Source: Coriobacteriia bacterium
GTDB lineage: Bacteria; Actinomycetota; Coriobacteriia; Anaerosomatales; PALSA-660
Direction of reading: 5' to 3'
NCBI GenBank assembly: GCA_025361335.1
Contig: JANYAK010000011.1
Coordinates: 2,751-66,750 of the forward strand
DNA: 64,000 nt
Positions 57,479 through 64,000 of this stretch are shown piece by piece. A program made the position numbers and the translations under genes. The notes under the pieces were generated by a model. That model was not told the DNA's origin. It saw only the letters and a program-made list of their open reading frames with translations, and ran no database searches. Numbering within the stretch: position 1 is the stretch's first letter; each line of letters begins with the position of its first letter.

Positions 57479-58087
57479 ATGTACGCAGTGGTCAAGAGCG
57501 GCGGCAAGCAGCACAAGGTCGCGATCGGCGAAGTGCTCTCCGTCGAGAGGCTCGATGCGGCCGCCGGAGACACCGTCACGCTGCCGGTCCTCATGGTCAA
57601 TAGCGAGGGCTCGGTGCTCACCGGCGCCGAAGCCGAGGCGTTCGTGGTCTCCGCGAGGGTCCTGGGCCAAGGCAAGGCCGACAAGATCGTCGTCTTCAAG
57701 TTCAAGAAGCGCAAAGGCTATAAGAACACCCGCGGCCATCGCCAGAACCTGACGCTCCTTCAGGTGACGGACATCGTGCGCTCCGACGGGAAGGGCGCCA
57801 AGAAGGCCCAGGGCGTCGAGATCGCCGCCGAGGCCGCGCCGGTCGCGACGAAGGCCGCTGCCGTGAAGGCGCCCGCCGCCAAGAAGACCGCGGCCGCCAA
57901 GACCGCCAAGCCAGCAGCCGCCAAGCCGGCAGCCGCGAAGGCGCCAGCCGCCAAGGCTGCGAAGGCAGTCGCCGAGAAGCCCGCGGCCGCCAAGAAGCCG
58001 ACGGTTGCCAAGAAGCCGACGGCCGCCAAGAAGCCGACGGCCGCCAAGAAGCCCGCCGTGAAGAAGACCGACAAGCCGGCCAAGTAG
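57479..58087 (+). CDS. rplU: 50S ribosomal protein L21 with a roughly 100-aa Ala/Lys/Pro-rich C-terminal extension
   Basis: MYAVVKSGGKQHKV...FKFKKRKGYKNTRGHRQ is the canonical L21 core of about 103 aa. It is followed by AAKKPT/AAKPAA-type low-complexity sequence up to the stop. Confidence 0.9.
   Translation: MYAVVKSGGKQHKVAIGEVLSVERLDAAAGDTVTLPVLMVNSEGSVLTGAEAEAFVVSARVLGQGKADKIVVFKFKKRKGYKNTRGHRQNLTLLQVTDIVRSDGKGAKKAQGVEIAAEAAPVATKAAAVKAPAAKKTAAAKTAKPAAAKPAAAKAPAAKAAKAVAEKPAAAKKPTVAKKPTAAKKPTAAKKPAVKKTDKPAK
57989..58060 (+). repeat. 18-bp tandem repeat (3 full units plus 1 partial) inside the rplU tail
   Basis: gccaagaagccgacggtt / gccaagaagccgacggcc / gccaagaagccgacggcc / gccaagaagcccgccgtg, encoding AKKPTx. 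Confidence 0.9.
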
Positions 58088-58120
58088 TCCGGCACGGAGC
58101 GCAGCTAAGGGTGTTGAGAG

Positions 58121-58372
58121 ATGGCTCATAAGAAAGGCCTCGGTTCCACCAAGAACGGACGCGACTCCAAGTCCAAGCGCCTTGGGGTCAAGCGGTTCGC
58201 CGGCCAGATCGTGACGGCCGGCTCGATCCTGGTGCGCCAGCGCGGGACCCACTTCCATCCGGGAGAGAACGTCGGCCGTGGCGGCGATGACACGCTGTTC
58301 GCGATGATCGACGGCGTCGTCGAGTACTCGCGCGGTCTCAAGCGCCGCGTGCACGTCCACCCACTGGGGTAG
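58121..58372 (+). CDS. rpmA: 50S ribosomal protein L27
   Basis: [16 protein letters not shown] start, with no Firmicute-type propeptide. Confidence 0.95.
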   Translation: MAHKKGLGSTKNGRDSKSKRLGVKRFAGQIVTAGSILVRQRGTHFHPGENVGRGGDDTLFAMIDGVVEYSRGLKRRVHVHPLG

Positions 58373-59755
<1,383 letters not shown>

Positions 59756-59792
59756 TGGCCGTGCCTGCAGCCGGCAGACGGAGGCGAAGGGG

Positions 59793-60899
59793 TTGACCGC
59801 GTCCAAGCGTATCGTCGTGAAAGTCGGCACTTCGACGCTGACCGACGCTGACGGTCGCGTCGACCGGGGCTGGCTGGGCGATCTCGCGCGGCAGATAGCC
59901 GTGCTGCGCTCCGAGGGAGCGTCGGTCGTGGTCGTCTCGTCGGGCGCGATCGCGGCCGGGGTGGAAGCTCTCGGACTCGACGCCCGGCCCACGGACATCT
60001 CCGGACTGCAGGCGACTGCCGCGGTCGGGCAGGTGCGCCTGATCGGCACCTACTCGGAGTTGCTGGCTGAGTATGGCGCGGGGATCGCGCAGGTCCTGCT
60101 CACCCGCCACGACACGGGCCATCGCCAAGCGTACCTGTACGCGTGCCGCACCCTTGAGCGTCTGTTGTCGATGGACCTGGTGCCGGTCGTGAACGAGAAC
60201 GACACGACGGCGGTGGACGAGATCCGGTTCGGAGACAACGACACACTGGCCGCACTCGTGGGAGTGATGGTCCACGCGGACCTCGTGGTCCTGCTGACCG
60301 ATATCGAAGGGCTCTTCGACGCCGACCCCCGAACTGTGGACGACGCCTCGCTGCTGGAGCACGTGGATGAGGTCACCGACGACCTGATCGCCGCTGCCGG
60401 GGGCGCGGGTTCCGACGCGGGCTCGGGCGGCATGGTCACGAAGCTCGGAGCCGCCCGCATCCTCATGAAGGCCGGGATCCCGATGGTGGTCTGTGACGGG
60501 CATCGGGCCGACGTCCTGGTGGACGCGTTCAGAGGCCTTCCCGTCGGCACATACTTCGCTGGAGGGGACGTGGACGTCGAGGCCCGCAAGTTGTGGATCG
60601 CTTTCGCGAGCAATCCGAAGGGCTCCGTTGTCGTGGACGCTGGCGCGATCGACGCGCTATGCTTGCGCGGCAAGAGCCTCCTGCCGGCCGGCGTCGTGCG
60701 GGTCGAAGGCTCGTTCCGCTCGGGCGATCCGGTCTCCATCGTGGACACGGCGGGAAGGCAGGTCGCCCGCGGGCTCGCGGACATCTCCTCGGTGGATCTC
60801 GACGGCATCGCGGGATTGAAGTCCGCCGACATCGCGAGTGTCGCGCCGGGACTGGCCGGCATCGAAGTGGTCCATCGGGACCGCCTCGTCATACTGTAG
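59793..60899 (+). CDS. proB: Glutamate 5-kinase (with PUA domain)
   Basis: IVVKVGTSTLT, VVSSGAIAAG and FGDNDTLAA motifs with a C-terminal PUA domain. TTG start. Confidence 0.9.
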   Translation: MTASKRIVVKVGTSTLTDADGRVDRGWLGDLARQIAVLRSEGASVVVVSSGAIAAGVEALGLDARPTDISGLQATAAVGQVRLIGTYSELLAEYGAGIAQVLLTRHDTGHRQAYLYACRTLERLLSMDLVPVVNENDTTAVDEIRFGDNDTLAALVGVMVHADLVVLLTDIEGLFDADPRTVDDASLLEHVDEVTDDLIAAAGGAGSDAGSGGMVTKLGAARILMKAGIPMVVCDGHRADVLVDAFRGLPVGTYFAGGDVDVEARKLWIAFASNPKGSVVVDAGAIDALCLRGKSLLPAGVVRVEGSFRSGDPVSIVDTAGRQVARGLADISSVDLDGIAGLKSADIASVAPGLAGIEVVHRDRLVIL

Positions 60900-60954
60900 A
60901 CAGCGAGCCCGACACGAGCGGGCGCGAGGTTCCTCGAGGAATGGTGGCAGCGCG

Positions 60955-62208
60955 ATGTCGGAAGTGATGGAGATCGCGGTCCGTGCACGTGAAGCGTCGC
61001 GTTCGCTGGCCGCCACGTCGACGCGGCAGCGCGACCGCGCCCTGCTCGCCATGTCGCACGCCATCATGAGCCGCCAGGACGAGATCCTCGAGGCCAACGT
61101 CAAGGACATGGAGGCCGCGCGAGCCAAGGGCACGGCCGCCCCGCTGCTCGACCGGCTCGAGCTGACACCGGCCCGCCTCAAGTCGATCTCGGAGGCCGTG
61201 AAAGGTCTTTCGCTCCAGCCGGACCCGATCGGTGAGGTCGTGACCGGCCGTCGGCTGGCCAACGGCATCCAGCTGACGCAGGTGCGCGTGCCGCTGGGCG
61301 TGGTGGCGATGATCTACGAGGCCCGCCCCAACGTCACGGCGGACGCCGCGGCCCTGTGCGTCAAGACGGGCAACGCGGTCATCCTGCGCGGAGGATCGAT
61401 GGCGGTCGAGTCGAACCTTGCGCTGACCAGGGTCCTTGCGAACGCGGCGACCGGGGCCGGTCTGCCCGATTCGTGTATCCAGTCCATCGCCTCGACCGAC
61501 CGAGCCGCCACCGACGAGCTCATGACCCTTCACGGCTACGTCGACGTCCTGATCCCGCGCGGGGGTGCCGGTCTGATCCGGTCGGTGGTCGACAACGCCA
61601 AGGTCCCCGTGATCGAGACAGGCATCGGCAACTGCCACGTCTACGTGCACGAGTCGGCCGATCCGGGGATGGCAACGCGGATCGTGGTCAACGCGAAGTG
61701 CACGCGCCCGGGGGTGTGCAACGCCGCCGAGACTCTGCTCATCGACGACGCCATACACGAGCAGGTCCTGCCGGGGATCCTCAAGGCGCTCGAAGCGGAG
61801 GGCGTGACCATCTGCGGTGACGAGAAGACACGTGCCTTGGGCGCGGTGACCCGGATACAGGCGGCCACGGAAGAGGATTGGTCGACGGAGTTCCTCGACC
61901 TCAAGATAGCGTGCAAGGTCGTCTCAGGCCTGGACCAGGCGATCACCCACATCAACACGTACGGCTCCGGCCATTCCGAGGCCATCGTCACCGCGGACTA
62001 CGCGGCCGCCCAGCGCTTCCTGGCGGAGGTCGACGCGGCGGCCGTCTACGTCAACGCGTCGACTCGGTTCACAGACGGCGGCGAGTTCGGCCTCGGGGCC
62101 GAGATCGGCATCTCGACGCAGAAGCTGCATGCGCGCGGGCCCATGGGCCTGTCCGCTCTCACGTCGACGAAGTGGCTGGCGATGGGCAGCGGACAGATCC
62201 GGGAATGA
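60955..62208 (+). CDS. proA: Gamma-glutamyl phosphate reductase
   Basis: IYEARPNVT, GNAVILRGG, CNAAETLL and GSGHSEAI motifs. Confidence 0.92.
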   Translation: MSEVMEIAVRAREASRSLAATSTRQRDRALLAMSHAIMSRQDEILEANVKDMEAARAKGTAAPLLDRLELTPARLKSISEAVKGLSLQPDPIGEVVTGRRLANGIQLTQVRVPLGVVAMIYEARPNVTADAAALCVKTGNAVILRGGSMAVESNLALTRVLANAATGAGLPDSCIQSIASTDRAATDELMTLHGYVDVLIPRGGAGLIRSVVDNAKVPVIETGIGNCHVYVHESADPGMATRIVVNAKCTRPGVCNAAETLLIDDAIHEQVLPGILKALEAEGVTICGDEKTRALGAVTRIQAATEEDWSTEFLDLKIACKVVSGLDQAITHINTYGSGHSEAIVTADYAAAQRFLAEVDAAAVYVNASTRFTDGGEFGLGAEIGISTQKLHARGPMGLSALTSTKWLAMGSGQIRE

Positions 62209-62218
62209 GGACCGCCCT

Positions 62219-62839
62219 GTGAGGAAGACGCTTCGGCTCGGTGTCATGGGCGGGACTTTCGATCCCGTCCACTACGGGCACCTCGTGACCGCCGAGGAGG
62301 CCCTCGTACAGTTCAACCTGGATCGTGTCGTGTTCATGCCGACGGGCCGACCCGTGCGCAAGACGCACAGGCACGTCTCGTCCTCCGAGGACCGCTACCT
62401 CATGACGGTCATCGCGACCGCGTCCAACCCCGACTTCGAGGTCTCGCGCATGGAGGTCGATCGGCCGGGCGACACGTACACGGTCGACACGATGACCGCG
62501 CTGAGGGACACGTACGGGGGTCGCGCCGAGCTGTTCTTCATCACAGGCGCCGACGCAGTCCGCGAGATCCTCACGTGGAAGGATGCGGCCCGGTTCGCGG
62601 GGCTGTGCACGTTCATCGCGGCGACGCGACCGGGCTTCGAGCTCGACTCGCCGGCGGCGGGCCCCGAGAGCGAGGCGCGTCCGGCGGTCGAGACGATGGA
62701 GGTCCCCGCTCTGGCGATCTCGTCGTCGGACATCCAGCTGCGCGTCCGGGAGCGACGGCCCCTGCGCTATCTCCTGCCCGAGGCCGTCGCCTCCTACATC
62801 CATAAGAACGGACTGTACGGTGAACCTCTCGCCGGCTGA
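62219..62839 (+). CDS. nadD: Nicotinate-nucleotide adenylyltransferase
   Basis: LGVMGGTFDPVHYGHL and ISSSDIQLRV motifs. Confidence 0.9.
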   Translation: MRKTLRLGVMGGTFDPVHYGHLVTAEEALVQFNLDRVVFMPTGRPVRKTHRHVSSSEDRYLMTVIATASNPDFEVSRMEVDRPGDTYTVDTMTALRDTYGGRAELFFITGADAVREILTWKDAARFAGLCTFIAATRPGFELDSPAAGPESEARPAVETMEVPALAISSSDIQLRVRERRPLRYLLPEAVASYIHKNGLYGEPLAG

Positions 62840-63431
62840 CATCCCCATGGACGCGTATCGCTCCGCTGTCCGCGAGAGGCTCTCGCCCGAGAGCGCCGCG
62901 CATAGCGAGCGCACGGCCATGGCCGCACGAGCTCTGGCGGTGAGGCACGGCGAGAACGCCGACGACGCCGAGCTGGCCGGGCTGCTGCACGACTGGAGCC
63001 GCGACGAGACGGGGGCCGAGATGCTCGCGTTCGCCGGGTCGGTCGGGATGTCCGTCTCTCCCGCGGAACGCCGACAGCCCGAACTGCTCCACTCTCGCGT
63101 GGCGGCCGCGCGGCTTCGTGCGGCTTTTTCGCAGATCCGCGACGAGGTGCTTGCCGCCGTCGCCGCTCACACCGTGGGCGGCCTGGAGATGAGCCGGCTC
63201 GACAAGCTGGTCTACACGGCCGACAAAGTCGAGTCCGGACGTCGATACGCCGGGGTCGAACGACTCCGGGCCATCGCGCAGAACGGCTCGCTGGAGGATG
63301 CGTTCCGCGAATGCTATCTGAGCTCCGTCGCACACGTGCGTGACGTGGGAGCCGAACTGCATCCCATTACCGCGCGCGTGCTCGCCGGTTTGAGTCTCGC
63401 GGCACATGACGCGAGGGGAGACGCCCGATGA
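62820..63431 (+). CDS. yqeK: HD-domain protein YqeK (bis(5'-nucleosyl)-tetraphosphatase-like)
   Basis: AAHSERTAMAARALA and AGLLHDWSRD (HD) motifs, in the conserved position after nadD. An alternative start is ATG 62847. Confidence 0.8.
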   Translation: MNLSPADIPMDAYRSAVRERLSPESAAHSERTAMAARALAVRHGENADDAELAGLLHDWSRDETGAEMLAFAGSVGMSVSPAERRQPELLHSRVAAARLRAAFSQIRDEVLAAVAAHTVGGLEMSRLDKLVYTADKVESGRRYAGVERLRAIAQNGSLEDAFRECYLSSVAHVRDVGAELHPITARVLAGLSLAAHDARGDAR

Positions 63432-64000
63432 GGCGCTCATCCCGCGGACATCGGCAGGGGACGCGCCGCGCGCCGGAACCGGAAGCGCGCGCGGTCGCAC
63501 AGGACGAGACCGAGGCCGGAGAGGCGTTCGCCGACGAGACTCCGACTCCTCCGCCGCCGGTCTCCACGCGTCGGGCACGCGCCGATCGCTCCGTGCGAGC
63601 CGTGGCTGGCGATAGTACCGCGATGCCGTCGGGCGCCCGACGGCGCACCATGCCCGATCCGCCGGACGAGCCCCGCGCCCCCGGCTACCGGACGTCGAAG
63701 CGCGCCTCCAAGAGCGGGAAGCTGCTGCGCAAGCAGGCGAAGACCAAGCGCGTGAGGGCCGAGGTCGGTGAGAAGACGGCCGCCGGAGCGAAGGTTCTGG
63801 GCCGCGGGGTGAGGATCGTGATCGCGACCGCGATCTCGGTCGTGCTCGTCGTCGGCCTTCTGTGGCTCGGCGCCGAGGGCATCAACGCGTTCGCGAGGTG
63901 GAACGCGCGCCGGCTCGCGGAGGCGGGAGCCGCGAGCAAGGCCACCGCGGTCGCCCGGGAGAACCTCGTGGTCATCGGGGCCGCCGGCAAGCAGGTCAAG
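63428..64000 (+). CDS. Membrane-anchored protein, N-terminal fragment (possibly LCP/LytR-CpsA-Psr family); runs off the window end
   Basis: ATGA overlap with the yqeK stop; the frame stays open to base 64000. A basic, disordered N-terminus is followed by one TM helix (IVIATAISVVLVVGLLWLGA) and then ENLVVIGAAG. The position between nadD/yqeK and the expected rsfS fits LCP genes in Gram-positives. Confidence 0.35.
   Translation, partial: MRRSSRGHRQGTRRAPEPEARAVAQDETEAGEAFADETPTPPPPVSTRRARADRSVRAVAGDSTAMPSGARRRTMPDPPDEPRAPGYRTSKRASKSGKLLRKQAKTKRVRAEVGEKTAAGAKVLGRGVRIVIATAISVVLVVGLLWLGAEGINAFARWNARRLAEAGAASKATAVARENLVVIGAAGKQVK

Noticed and set aside
57830-58080. A repeat array that could be mistaken for a CRISPR-like or minisatellite element.
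   Set aside because: The repeats are 18 bp, contiguous with no spacers, in frame, and encode the AKKPT tail of L21. It is not a CRISPR array.

Overview
This is a high-GC chromosomal segment, about two-thirds G+C by eye, densely packed with genes that often overlap at GTGA or ATGA junctions. I saw no rRNA, CRISPR array, transposase or integrase, and found one tRNA, tRNA-Arg(CCG). The gene order mreBCD-pbp2-rodA, radical-SAM pair, rng/rne, rplU-rpmA-obg-proB-proA-nadD-yqeK looks actinobacterial. The energy genes (Rnf complex, two [NiFe]-type hydrogenases, acetyl-CoA synthetase) point to an anaerobe, possibly Coriobacteriia-like; this placement is inference only. The strongest result is that the membrane-bound uptake hydrogenase large subunit is truncated in the ORF track at an in-frame TGA. 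Reading through gives DP-U-IGC, a downstream hairpin and a stop that abuts the cytochrome b start, so I call it a selenocysteine [NiFeSe] hydrogenase. The small subunit carries a Cys at the position where standard enzymes have a Pro, which fits that class. The second candidate system is a tight operon of OsmC, a GT2 glycosyltransferase, a BshB1-like PIG-L deacetylase, a BshC-like protein and a ferredoxin. It looks like a bacillithiol-type low-molecular-weight thiol or glucosamine-conjugate pathway with a non-canonical glycosyltransferase. Other notable items are a receiver-domain-PilT fusion with no pilus genes nearby and a group 3b NAD(P)-linked hydrogenase directly upstream of rnfCDGEAB. There is also a ribosomal protein L21 with a roughly 100-aa Ala/Lys/Pro tail encoded by 18-bp tandem repeats, and several structured intergenic regions. 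All family assignments rest on motif recognition by eye; no database search was possible.
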